DNA of 64,000 nt from an uncultured Acidobacteriota bacterium (GTDB lineage Bacteria; Acidobacteriota; Vicinamibacteria; Vicinamibacterales; UBA2999): positions 25,422-89,421 of the forward strand of contig CAVQMT010000013.1 in NCBI GenBank assembly GCA_963713655.1. Reading direction: 5' to 3'. Of this stretch, positions 37,640 to 48,481 are shown one piece after another. Position 1 is the first letter of the stretch; every line of letters begins with the position of its first letter. Below the pieces are notes generated by a model. The model was not told the DNA's origin and ran no database searches. It worked only from the letters and a program-made list of their open reading frames with translations. The translations under genes and the position numbers were made by a program.

Positions 37640-39023
37640 GTGGCGCTGTCGCGTCGGGCGCACGGGTCACGCTCGAGGTCGAACGTCCCGTGGCGGGCGG
37701 CCGAATGCTGGCGCGACACGAAGGCCAGGTCGTGCTGGTGGCGGGCGCGATTCCGGGCGAGACCGTCGAGGCTCGGGTCACGCGCGTCGCCCGCGGCACG
37801 GTCTACGCCGACACGGTGCGAGGTGGTGACCGCGTCGCCGGACCGGCGGCCTGGCGTGGAAGGGCGCTGCGGCGGCGCCGTCTTCGGCCACATCGACTAC
37901 CCGCGGCAGGTGGCGCTGAAGGCCGCGATCATCGAGGACGCCTGGCGGCGCATCGCCCGCCTGCCGGTGCCGGCGCCGGTACACGTGGTGGCGTCGCCCG
38001 AACATGGCTACCGCTCCCGCGCCCGGCTGCACGCCCGCGACGGCCGGCTCGGCTTCTACCGCGAAGGCACGCACCAGCTGTGCGATCCGGCCGTCACCGG
38101 GCAACTGGGGGAGGCGACCGTGGCGTGGATTCGCCAGGCCGAGGCGACGCTGCGAACGAGCGGCGCTCGCAGCCTCGCCGCGGTGGACGTGGTGGAGAAC
38201 GCCGAGGCCACCGAGCGTGCCGGCCACCTGTACCTCCATGGCAGCGAGGTGCCGGGCGAGCTGGAAGCGCTGGCGGCGGGTCTGACCGGGCTGTCCGCGG
38301 GTCCGTCGGAGGGCGACGACGATGATGACGCCACGGCAGGCCGGTCGACGCGCCGCGCGGTGGTGCTCGGCGGGCGATCCGTCGGTCGTGGACGTCATCC
38401 CGGTGTCAGCGCGGGCGCCGACGGCCGGCGGCGACCGTCTCCTTGCGCCACGGCGCGCGATCGTTTTTCCAGGGCAACCGCTTCCTGCTGGCGCCGCTGG
38501 TGCATCTGGTGGTGGACGCCGTGCCCGCCGGCGCGGTGCTCGATCTCTTCGCCGGAACCGGCCTCTTCGGGCTGGCTCTCGCCGCCGACCGGCACGTGGC
38601 CCCGTGACGATGGTCGAGGGGGACGTGTCGAGCGGCCGGGATCTGACGTCCAACGCCGCCGCCGCTGGAGCCGGCGTCACGGTGGAGCGCCAGAGCGTCG
38701 AGGGCTACCTCGCGACGCCGCGGCCGGGGATGCCGACCTGGATCGTGGACCCGCCGCGGGCCGGGCTGCCCGACGCCGTGCGCGCGGCGGCGCTGCGCGA
38801 CCGCCCCGACCGCATCGTCTACGTGTCGTGCGACCCGGCCACGCTGGCGCGCGACGTGCGCGCGCTGGTGGAAGGCGGCTACGAGGTGCGATCGCTGACG
38901 GGCCTGGACATGTTTCCGTCCACGGCGCACGTCGAGGCGATCTGCGTGCTGGACGGCTGCAGACGCGGTCTACGGTCTCAGCCGCGGTCCGCTGAGGGCC
39001 GAAGGCCTCGACAGAGCCACTGA
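37640..39023 (+). CDS. TRAM-domain class I SAM-dependent RNA (uracil-5) methyltransferase, RumA/RlmD-like (about 4 frame breaks)
   Basis: TRAM-like N-terminus ([28 protein letters not shown]). [15 protein letters not shown] motif. [21 protein letters not shown]. Confidence 0.7.
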
Positions 39024-39046
39024 CTGAGACTGAAACTCTGACTACG
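39019..39046. repeat. short heptad-periodic tract between convergent genes
   Basis: CTGACTG AGACTGA AACTCTG ACTACGG. Contains both stop codons (TGA 39021-39023 and the complement of 39042-39044). Confidence 0.45.
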
Positions 39047-39728
39047 GCCTCGCTCGCGGCACGCCTCGACGAAGCCGCGAAACAGCTCGTCGAAACTCCC
39101 CCGTGCGATGGAAGCTCTCCGGGTGCCACTGCACGCCGACGCAGAAGCGGTGCGCGGGCGACTCCACAGCCTCGATGATGCCGTCGGGCGCGGTCGCCGT
39201 CACGACGAGGCTCGCGCCCAGGGCGCGAATCGCCTGGTGGTGCCGGCTGTTCACGCGGCAGCGGCCGCCCGGTGCGCGCGGTCCCAGCAAGCCGGCCAGA
39301 CGCGACCCCGCCGTGACCGCGACCTCGTGTGCCATCTGCGTCGCAGGGCCCAGGCTGTGGGCCTCGAACCGGCCGGGTTCGCTGGGGATGTCCTGAATCA
39401 GCGTGCCGCCAGCGGCGACGTTGAGCACCTGCAGGCCGCGGCAGATGGCGAACAGCGGCAGATCGGCCGCCAGCGCCGCGCGCACCAGCGCCAGCTCGAA
39501 CGCGTCGCGTCCGGGTTCGGCCGGCTCGTAGGTCGGGTGCGGCGGCTCGCCGAAGAACGCGGGATCGACGTCGTCGCCGCCCGTCAGCAGCAGGCCGTCC
39601 ACCTGCCGGATCGCATCGGCCGGATCGTCCACGCCAATCGCCGGTACCCACGGCTCGCCGCCCGCCTGGCGGACGGCGGCATCGTAGTCCGTGGGCTTCT
39701 TGCAGGGAGTGACCGCGATCCGGGGCAT
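39042..39728 (-). CDS. gamma-glutamyl-gamma-aminobutyrate hydrolase family protein (class I glutamine amidotransferase, peptidase C26)
   Basis: Intact ORF. LFAICRGLQVLNVA (nucleophile Cys), NSRHHQA, VQWHPE. Confidence 0.85.
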   Translation of the reverse strand: MPRIAVTPCKKPTDYDAAVRQAGGEPWVPAIGVDDPADAIRQVDGLLLTGGDDVDPAFFGEPPHPTYEPAEPGRDAFELALVRAALAADLPLFAICRGLQVLNVAAGGTLIQDIPSEPGRFEAHSLGPATQMAHEVAVTAGSRLAGLLGPRAPGGRCRVNSRHHQAIRALGASLVVTATAPDGIIEAVESPAHRFCVGVQWHPESFHRTGEFRRAVSRLRRGVPRARP

Positions 39729-39763
39729 GCAGCGGGCCTAACTCGTTCGTTCAGACGTCGGCG

Positions 39764-41772
39764 CTACATGCGCGCGGGAATCTCGATGCCCATGAGGTCG
39801 AGCGCCCGGGTGAGCTGATCGCGGACGTAGATCACGGCCGCGGCCCGCCAGCGCCGGACGTCTTCGCGCTCTTCCTTGACGATGTGCGCACGATGGTAGA
39901 ACGCGTTGAACGACTGGGCCACCGTGAAGGCGTACTTCGCCAGGATGGAGAACTCCAGCGTGCGGATCACCTGCTCGATCACGTCGTCGAGCCGCGCCGC
40001 CTCGAGGATCAGGCTCCACACCTCGTGGGTGCCGTTGGCGCCGTCCAACTCGGCATGAGTGGCGCTCCCCAGCGAGGCGAGGACATCGGCTTCCCCGACG
40101 CCGAGCCGCTCCTGCAGGTTCTGCAGGATCTTGCGGGCCCGCACCACGGCGTACTGGATGTACGGCCCGCTTTCGCCCTCGAAGCTGAGCGCCTCGTCGA
40201 GGTCGAAGGCGATGATCTTGCCGCGCGAGAACTTGATCAGGAAATAGCGGACCGCCGCCACCGCAATCTCCCGCGCCACGCGCGCCGCGTCCTCCGCCGG
40301 CATGTCGGCGTTGCGCGCCGTCACTTCGGCCAGCGCCTTGGTGATCAGTCGGTCGATGAGGTCGTCGGCCTTCACGCCGAGGCCTTTGCGGCCCGACACC
40401 TCGACGAAAGGCTTCTTGGCGTCCTCGGACCCGTCCGCGGGGGCGAATCCCAGTTCCGTCGCGGTCGCGTGCGACAGCGCCACCATCTCGTAGGAGAAGT
40501 GATGGGACCGGGCGGCGCCCTCCGGATGCCCCACCGCCAGCAGCGCCTGCTTGAGCAGCTTCTGCAGGTAGGACTGGCGGACGTCGATCACGTTGTAGAC
40601 GTAGGACGCGCCGCCGAACGGCGGATGGTCCGGTGCCCCCGGCTCGGTCTGCGTCGACCAGAGCGGCTGAGGCGCGGTCGACGAAGCGGCGGTACTGGAA
40701 GTCGCGTCCCAGCAACCCCAGCTTCCAGAACTGGTAGGCGATGTCCTTGCCCACGTAGGTCACGACGCCGTTGGAGCGGACGATCACCTTCTCCCGCTCC
40801 TCGGCGTCCTCGTCCGCCGGGCGCCGTCGCGGCGCGCCTGGCTGTCCGCGGCGTCCAGGTCGTCCTGGATCGGCATCACCCAGCAGCCCGGCCAGCCGGC
40901 CGTCGGTCCGCAGGTAGACGGCGCCCTTGGCCTTCAGCACGTCGAAGGCGTGCGCCCAGAACTTCAGGCGCAGGATGTCGCCCTCCCAGGTCAGGAGGTC
41001 GTAATCGACGTTCAGCCGCGCCATCGTCGCCAGGTGGCAGCGGACGATGCGATCGGCGATGAACGCGGCGGCCTCGGCGTTCTCGTTGCCGCCGTGCTCG
41101 ATGTCGTGCAGCGTCGCCGCGCGGGTCGCCAGCCGGCCCTTGTCGCCGTCGTACCAGTCGGTGACGCGCGCGTACAGATCCCAGCAGTAGTGATCGAACC
41201 GTGACGGTCTCGGCCACGCGGCGGATGTCGTCGAGCGACAGGCTCTCGAGCACGCGGAAGCCCACCACGACGTCGGCTACCTGGACGCCGGTGTCGTCGA
41301 TGTAGTTCTGCACTTCGACGTGCGTGCCCTGGAAGCGCAGCGCGCGAACCAGCGTGTCGCCCAGCGCCGCGTTCCGCAGGTGGCCGATGTGCGCCGCCTT
41401 GTTCGGGTTGATGGCCGTGTGCTCCACGATCGCCTTGCCGTCGCGGCGGGGCGGCGGGGTGTGGGTCGTAGCCCAGGCGGTCGCGAAGCGGTGCCGATCG
41501 AGTCCGAAATTCAGGTAGCCGTTCGCCGCCGAGACCCGCGGCACGCCGTCGAGGCCCGAGGACGCGTCGGCGATCTCCTGGGCGATGAGCTTCGGCGCTT
41601 TCCGCAGCCGCCGGGCGAGCTCGAACGCGACCGGGGACCCCAGGTCGCCGAGCTCGCGGCTGGGCGGGTTCTCGAGCGCGACGACCGGGCCGGTTCCGGC
41701 CTCGATGCCGTATAACGTCTGCAGCGTGCGGGTGATGTGATCGCGAAGCTTGGTGTGGACCGGAAGAATCAT
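39764..41772 (-). CDS. argS: arginine--tRNA ligase (about 4 frame breaks)
   Basis: Pieces 40876..41817, 39738..41024 and 39764..40591. NPNKAAHIGHLRNA (HIGH region). C-terminal anticodon-binding domain ends ..IEIPARM. The start could also be 41817. Confidence 0.9.
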
Positions 41773-41815
41773 TGAGAGTACGCTGAGTCCGGCTACGTTA
41801 TCAGAAAACATCCGC

Positions 41816-42407
41816 ATGCATGACGGAGGCGTCGGGCGGCTGCTCGTGGCGAGCTTGCATCAGAGCATCGCCGAGGAGTTGCCGTCGCGGCTCGAGTTCT
41901 ACGAGTCGTGGCTGAACCCGGCAGGACTGCGCGACGGCCGCATCGGTCTTGCGCCCCTGGCCGCCGTCCTCAGCTTCCTGCGCCAGGAATCAGGCGATCC
42001 CTACCTGAGAGATCGCGGCCCGCGCCGGGGAATACAGCGCGAAGTGGCTGGTGGACGCGATGTCTCCACTGCAGCGGCGGGTGTTGCTGATGCTGCCGCG
42101 CGGCCTCCGGCTGTGGCTGGTGATGCGCCTCGCCCGGCGGCTGGTGCGCCAGACCTATGGTGGCAGCCGTGCGATCATCCGCGGCGCGACGCGCGGTCAG
42201 GGCCACATCGACTTGCGCGGGTCGGTGTTCTGCCAGGTCCGCGATCGCGTGCCGCATCCGCTCTGCGAGTACTACGCGGCGGCGCTGCGGCACTTGCTGC
42301 ACCGCTTCGAGCTGCCGCACGGCGCGCAGGCGAAGGAATGCCGCGCGGCCGGCGCCGCGCGCTGCTTGATTGCGCTGCGGGCATCGGACGGACAGGCAGA
42401 AGCATGA
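41816..42407 (+). CDS. hypothetical protein, possible V4R (4-vinyl reductase-like) domain (1 frame break)
   Basis: ORFs 41750..42445 (from ATG 41816) and 42051..42407. Cys pattern C..LCEYYAAAL....ECRAAGAARCLI resembles V4R. Tentative. Confidence 0.4.
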
Positions 42408-42437
42408 AGCATGGTAAACTTCGCGCGAGCGTGCCGC

Positions 42438-43154
42438 ATGCCTGACGAGGGACTGCAGGAAATTCAGCTCCGAGGGAAGCAGCTGGTCTTCCTGGCCATG
42501 TCGGCCACGGTGGTGGCCGTCGTGATCTTCCTGTGCGGCGTGATGGTGGGCCGGGGCGTGCCGACGGCACGCCAGGCCGGGACGGAACCGATCGAAGCCG
42601 ACGTGCTGACGCCGGTGGGCGATCCCGAAGCTCCGGCGACGACGGCCGATGCGTTGGAGTCAACCGGCGCCGTACCCGACGCCGCTCGAGTACCCCGACC
42701 TCGTCAGCGACCAGCCATCCGGCGACAAGCCGCTCAAGCCATCGCCCGCGGCGCAGCCGTTCGCCGCCGAGAACGCGGTCGCCCGAGCTGAGACGCCGCG
42801 CCGGGTCGCGCCGGCCGCGGCGCCGCCCAAGACGGCGGCCGCGCCCGCAAAGAGCCCGGTCGCGCCGGCCGGACGCCCGCGCCAGCGAAGGCCGGCCACA
42901 CGCCGGCGGCGGCTACGGCCGGGGCGGGCGGGTTCCAGGTTCAGGTGGCGGCCTACCAGCGTGAGGGCGATGCCGCCACGGTGCGCGACCGGTTGGCCAG
43001 GAAGGGCTACCCGGCGTTCGTGACCTCCGCATCCACCGCGGCGGGAACGTGGTTTCGCGTCCGCGTCGGCGGCTACGAAACACGCAACGAAGCCCAGGCG
43101 GTCGCCACGCGGCTCAAGCGCGAAGAGCAGCTGGAGCCCTGGGTAACACGCTGA
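42438..43154 (+). CDS. SPOR domain-containing membrane protein (2 frame breaks)
   Basis: TM segment LVFLAMSATVVAVVIFLCGVMVG, Pro/Ala-rich linker, C-terminal SPOR fold (FQVQVAAYQREGDA..RL..KGYPAFV..WFRVRVGGY). Confidence 0.7.
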
Positions 43155-43190
43155 TTTCCGGCGCTCTCGCGCGCCCCCACCGGCAGATCC

Positions 43191-44735
43191 ATGCCTGACA
43201 ACGGCCCGCGAATGACCGACAGCCTGGCCGATCTGAGTCCCGTGCCGCTGTTCCTGGTGCAGGACCGGGTGGTGCGCTACGCCAACCAGGCCTTCTGCGA
43301 TCTGTGCGGCGCGCCGATGGCCGACGTTGTCGGCCGCCCGATCGTCGACCTGATTCACACCCACGATCGGGGCCATCTGCTGGAGCGCATGGACGAGCAC
43401 CAGCGCGGCCGCACCGACACGCACCGCGCCCAGTTCCGTCTCCGCCAGCCCTCGGGCCACGACGTGTGGGTGTTCGCGATGCTGGTGGCGCGGTCGGTGA
43501 AGGGCAAGCCGGCGACGCTCGGCACCGCGCTCGACGTGCGCGAACGCCGGCACGCTCAGGAGTCGGTGGCCAAGGCGCAGCGGCTGGACGCCGTCGCGCG
43601 GCTGGCCGGCGGCATCGCCCACGACTTCAACAACGCGCTCCAGGTGATCCTGGGCCACGCCGAGCGGGTGGTCGGCGCGCTGCCCGAGTCGCATCCGGTG
43701 CACGAGTCGGCCGTCGAGATCCGGCGCGCGCGCGATGCGCGCCGCGCACCTGACCGATCGGCTGCTCTCGTTCGGCCAGCGGCAGCTGCTGGATCCGCAG
43801 CCGCTCGACCTGCCGCGGCTGGTCCTCGAGCTCAAGAACGCCGATCGAACGCCGCGTCGGTCCGAGCGTCAGCGTGGTCCTGCGCCGCGGCAAGTGGACC
43901 GCTCCCGTCCGCGTGGATCGCACGCGTTTCGTCCACGTGCTGGCGGCACTCGTGGACAACGCCCGCGAGGCGATGCCGCAGGGCGGGCAGCTGGTCATCG
44001 CCACCGACATCGTCGACCATCGATGCGGCCGCGCGGGCGGAGCGGCCGTGGCTGCGGCACGGGCGAGTACGTTCGCCTGGCGGTGGAGGATTCCGGCCCC
44101 GGGCTCGACGTCGAGGCGACGACGCACGCCTTCGAGCCGTTCTACACCACCAAGGGCAGCGCGGGACGGCCTGGGGCTGCCGGCCGTCTACGGGCTGGTC
44201 AAGCAGAGCCACGGCTTCGTCTGGATCGAGAGCGCGCCAACCGGCGGCACTCGTGTCGTCGTGCTGCTGCCGGCCGACGGGCCGGCGACCGCGAGCGCCG
44301 AGCGCCGACGGCCGGCGCCGTCCTGCGCGCCGTGCCGCCGCCGGAGGCGCGGCCGCACGTGCTGGTGGTGGAGGACGAAGGCTCCGTCCGGGAATTGATG
44401 GCCGGCGGCGCTCGAGCGCAACGGCTTCGCGGTCACCGCGGTTGGCAGCGCCGAGGAGGCGGTCGGCGTTTGCGCCCGGCACCTACGACGTGCTGCTGAG
44501 CGACATCAGCCTGCCGGGCATGAACGGCGTGGACCTGGCCAAACGGATCCTGCGGCGCCGCGCCCGCCGCGAAGGTGCTGCTGATGTCGGGCTATGCCCG
44601 CGAGGAGTACTCTGACGCCGTGCCGACGACCTGCCGTTCATCGGCAAGCCGTTCACGACGCGCGCGATCGTCGATCGGCTCGCGCTCCATGCTGGCCGAG
44701 CCGCCGGTCGCGTCGCCGGAGAGCCGTCCGGCCTG
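43191..44735 (+). CDS. hybrid sensor histidine kinase/response regulator with PAS domain (about 7 frame breaks)
   Basis: PAS (VRYANQAFCDLCG), HisKA H-box LAGGIAHDFNN, HATPase (EDSGPGLD, GTGLGL-type region), receiver (VLVVEDE..SDISLPGMNG). Confidence 0.75.
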
Positions 44736-44742
44736 ACCCGGA

Positions 44743-46318
44743 GTGGTGCTCGAACCACTCGCTGCTCGCGAGCGCGACCGGCGTCCTCCTGGCGCTCAGC
44801 TTTCCCAAGTTCGGCCACCCGGCGTGCGCGTGGGTGGCGCTGGTGCCGCTGCTGCTGGCCTTGCGCGGGCTCGGCCCGCTGGGCCGCCCGAGGCCGATCG
44901 CCGCGCCAGGCGCGCCTTCCTGCTGGGCTGGTGGGCCGGCCTCGTCTACTTCGCCGGCACGCTGTATTGGACCAGCGGCGTGCTGGCACAGTTCGGCGGC
45001 TTGCCGATGCCGGTGGCGACGTTCGCGATGCTGCTCCTGGCCGGCTACCTGGCGCTCTATCCCGCGGCAGCCGCGGCCGCGACCGCGGCGTGCCTGCCGG
45101 CGTTCGGCGATCGGGCGCTGGCGCTGGTGCCGGCGGCCTGGGCGGCCACCGAGTTCATGCGCGGCGCGCTTCTTCGGCGGCTTTCCGTGGGTGCCGCTCG
45201 GCAACAGCCAGGTGGAGGTGCTGCCGATCGCGCAGATGGCGAGCGTGGTCGGCGTCTACGGCCTGTCGGCGTTCGTCGCCGCCGTGAACGTCGCGGTGGC
45301 GGTGGCGTTTCTGTCGAGCGGCCGCACGCGATGCGACCATCGGTCGGCGCCGCGCGTGGCCAGCATCGCCGACCGCGGGTGCCTGGGGCGCGTGGCGCAT
45401 CGCGCGAGCGCGATCTGCTCGACGGGCGCGCCGCCGCTGCGCGTCGGCCTCGTGCAGGCCAACATCGCGCAGGGCGACAAGTGGGACCCGCGCCAGGCGC
45501 GGCGCATCCTCACCACCTACATGGCGATGTCGCGCGACGTGGTCAAGCGCGGCGCGCAGTACGTGATCTGGCCCGAGTCGTCCACGCCCGGCGATGTTCG
45601 AGGAGGACGCGGCGGTCAACGAGGCCGTGCGCGGCCCTGGCGGCCGAGCTGCGCGTGCCGCTGCTCTTCGGCAGCGACCAGTTCGAGCGGGGCAGCGACC
45701 CGCGCTATTACAACGCCGCGTTCCTGGTCGGGCCCGACGGCCGCACGCAGGCCGTGTACCGCAAGATCCAGCTGGTGCCGTTCGGCGAGTTCTTTCCGTT
45801 TCAGAAGTGGCTGTCGTTTGTGTCGCCGCTGGTCGAGCGGGCGGCGCCGTTTGCCGCCGGGACGTCGGTGGTGATGCTGCCGGTCGGCGACACACCGGGC
45901 CAGCACGGCGATCTGCTACGAGGTGGTGTATCCGCGGCTGGCGCGCGAGGCGGTGCTGGCGGGCAGCGAGCTGCTGACGACCATCACCAACGACGCCTGG
46001 TACGGCCAGACCTCGGCGCCGTTCCAGCATTTCGCGATGGCCTCGATGCGCTCGATCGAGCAGGGCCGCTATCTGGCCCGCGCCGCCAACACCGGGGTCA
46101 GCGGCGTCGTCGATCCCTATGGCCGGGTGACGCAGCGCTCGCGCGTCTTCGAGCAGGTGGGTCTCGTGGGCGAGGTACGATTCATCCAGGCCCGGACCGT
46201 CTATGCGGCGGTGGGCGACGTGGTGCCGTGGACCGGCTTGGCCGTCGTCGCGGCTGCGCTGCTGGCCCTCCGGCTTCGCGGGCCGGGCCACGGCGGGACG
46301 AAAGGCAGCAGGAGGTAG
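44743..46318 (+). CDS. lnt: apolipoprotein N-acyltransferase (about 5 frame breaks)
   Basis: TM N-half (LALSFPKFG.., GFPWVPLG). CN-hydrolase half (VIWPESS, YRKIQLVPFGEF, CYEVVYP, TNDAWYG). Confidence 0.85.
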
Positions 46319-46319
46319 C

Positions 46320-47460
46320 GTGGCGATCGGAAACGAAGAACTGATCAGGCGGCACGAAGGGCTGGCGCGACGGGCCGCTGAACTGCGGAGGTATCTTTGA
46401 CGGCGCACGTCTGGACGACCAGCTAGCCGAAATCGAGCGGGCGGTGGGGGAGCCCCACTTCTGGAGCAACCAGCAGGAGGCCCAGAAGGTGATGCAGCGG
46501 CGCCGGCGCCTCGAGGAGGACGTTGCGCTGCGCGACTCGCTGCGGCGGCGGTCCGACGACCTGGCGGTGCTGGTGGACTGGGCCGGCCAGGGCGAGGACG
46601 TCGCCGCCGATCTCGAGCGCGAGCTTGAACGAGCTCGAGGCGGAGGTCGAGACCGCCGAGGTCCGGAAGATGCTGGGCGGCGAGTACGACAGCTCCAACG
46701 CCATCGTGTCGATCCACCCCGGCGCCGGCGGCACCGAGTCGCAGGACTGGGCCGAGATGCTGCTCAAGATGTACCTCAAGTGGTCGGAGCGGCGCGGCTT
46801 CAAGCGCGAGGTGATCGACTACCAGCCCGGCGACGAAGCCGGCCTCAAGAGCGTGACGCTGACCTTCAGCCGGCGACTACGCGTTCGGCCTGATGTCGGC
46901 CGAAGCCGGCGTGCACCGGCTGGTGCGCATCTCGCCGTTCGATCAGGCGGCCCGGCGGCACACGTCGTTCGCCTCGGTGTTCGTGTGGCCCGAGCTGCCC
47001 GACGACGTCGACGTGGAGATCGACGAGAAGGACCTGCGCGTGGACACCTACCGATCGAGCGGCGCCGGCGGCCAGCACGTGAACGTCACCGACTCGGCGA
47101 TCCGCATCACGCACCTGCCGACCGGCATCGTCGTGTCGTGCCAGAACGAGCGCTCCCAGCACAAGAACCGCGCGTCGGCGATGAAGGTGCTGCGCGCCGC
47201 GGCTGTTCGACCTGAAGCTGAAGGAGCAGCAGAGCAAGCTGGATCAGATTGGCGGCGAGAAGCGCGACATCGCCTTCGGCAGCCAGATTCGCAGCTACGT
47301 GCTGCAGCCGTACCAGATGATCAAGGACCACCGCACCAGGATGGAGGTCGGCGACGTGGGCCGGGTGCTGGGCGGCGACGTCGACGGCTTCATCAAGACC
47401 TACCTGATGCAGAAGGCCAGCGGCACACTGGGCGCTGCGGCGGCCGAGGCGGACGACTAG
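46320..47460 (+). CDS. prfB: peptide chain release factor 2 (programmed +1 frameshift at 46395-46400, plus about 3 further non-programmed frame breaks)
   Basis: GTG 46320. Frame 0 ends at CTT TGA C. The +1 frame continues [13 protein letters not shown]..; SPF motif (RISPFD) and GGQ motif ([10 protein letters not shown]). Ends at TAG 47458-47460. Confidence 0.9.
46387..46401 (+). promoter_or_regulatory. prfB: prfB programmed +1 ribosomal frameshift site (GGAGG-UAU-CUU-UGA-C)
   Basis: Internal SD-like GGAGG at 46387-46391, 3-nt spacer, slippery CTT at 46395-46397, in-frame TGA at 46398-46400 followed by C. Same layout as E. coli prfB. Confidence 0.9.
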
Positions 47461-47473
47461 CAGGGCTTTGCCA

Positions 47474-48383
47474 ATGAGAACGATCTGCCGGGCGCTTCTC
47501 TCAGGATCGACGGCGGCGCTGATGCTCCTCGGGGGCGATCCGTCGGCCGAGGCGCAGGGCGGCGGACCTGCCGACCTGCCCGCGGTCACCGTACGCGGGC
47601 AGACCTACACGCCGCGCTCGATCCTGGCCCGCAACATGGGCTCGGATGCGGATCAGACGACGGCGTTCCCGCCCCACCGGATTGCCGGGAACGTCTATTA
47701 CGTAGGCACCCGCACGCTCAGCTCGTTCCTCGTCACCACGCCAGCGGGCCACATCCTCATCAACACGACCTACGAGCGCAACGTGCGCACGATCGAGAAG
47801 TCCGTGGTGCAGCTCGGGTTCAAGTTCGCGGACGTGCGCATCGTGCTGGGCACGCACGCCCACGGCGACCATCAGGAAGGTGACGCGCTGGCACAAGGAG
47901 CTGACGGGAGCCCAGGTGATGGCCATGGCCGAGGACGTCCCGGCGCTGGCAGCGATCCAGCCCGGCGGCAAGCCGCATCCGATCGATCGCAGGCTGACAG
48001 ATGGTGAATCGGTGACGCTCGGCGGCACCACGCTGGTCGCCCACCTGACGCCGGGCCACACGCGCGGCTGCACGACGTGGACCACTCGGGTCAGGAGGGC
48101 GGGCGCGACCTCGACGTGGTGTTCGCGTGCAGCTACCGTGCGCCCGCACCGGTCACGCCGGCGATCGAGAGCGAGTTCAATCGGACGTTCGCGCTGATTC
48201 GCCAGCTGCCGTGCGACGTGCCGTTGGGCGATCATCCGGCGCAATACCGGATGGCGGAGAAGCACGCACGACTGAAGCCCGAGGCGGCCGAATCCGTTCG
48301 TCGACCCGGGTGGCTGCTGGCTGGAGGCCGAGATCCAGGAGGCCATGCTGCGCGCCCAGCTGAAACTGCAAAAGGGCGCGTGA
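47474..48383 (+). CDS. secreted MBL-fold metallo-hydrolase, subclass B3 beta-lactamase-like (about 3 frame breaks)
   Basis: Signal peptide, HAHGDH motif, [11 protein letters not shown]. Pieces 47468.., 47880.., 48077... Ends at TGA 48381-48383. Confidence 0.7.
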
Positions 48384-48384
48384 C

Positions 48385-48479
48385 CGGCTCTCGAGCGTTT
48401 CGGTTCTCAGTAGTCGTCGTCAGTAGTTACCAGTGGAATGGGCTCGATTTACCGAGACCGACAACTGACAACTGAGCCG
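48385..48479. repeat. heptad-periodic long imperfect hairpin between convergent MBL-B3 and PBP1A genes
   Basis: CGGCTC..TCAGTAG TCGTCG TCAGTAG TTACCAG ... ACCGAGA CCGACAA CTGACAA CTGAGCCG. The outer CGGCTC and GAGCCG pair. Confidence 0.65.
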
Positions 48480-48481
48480 CT

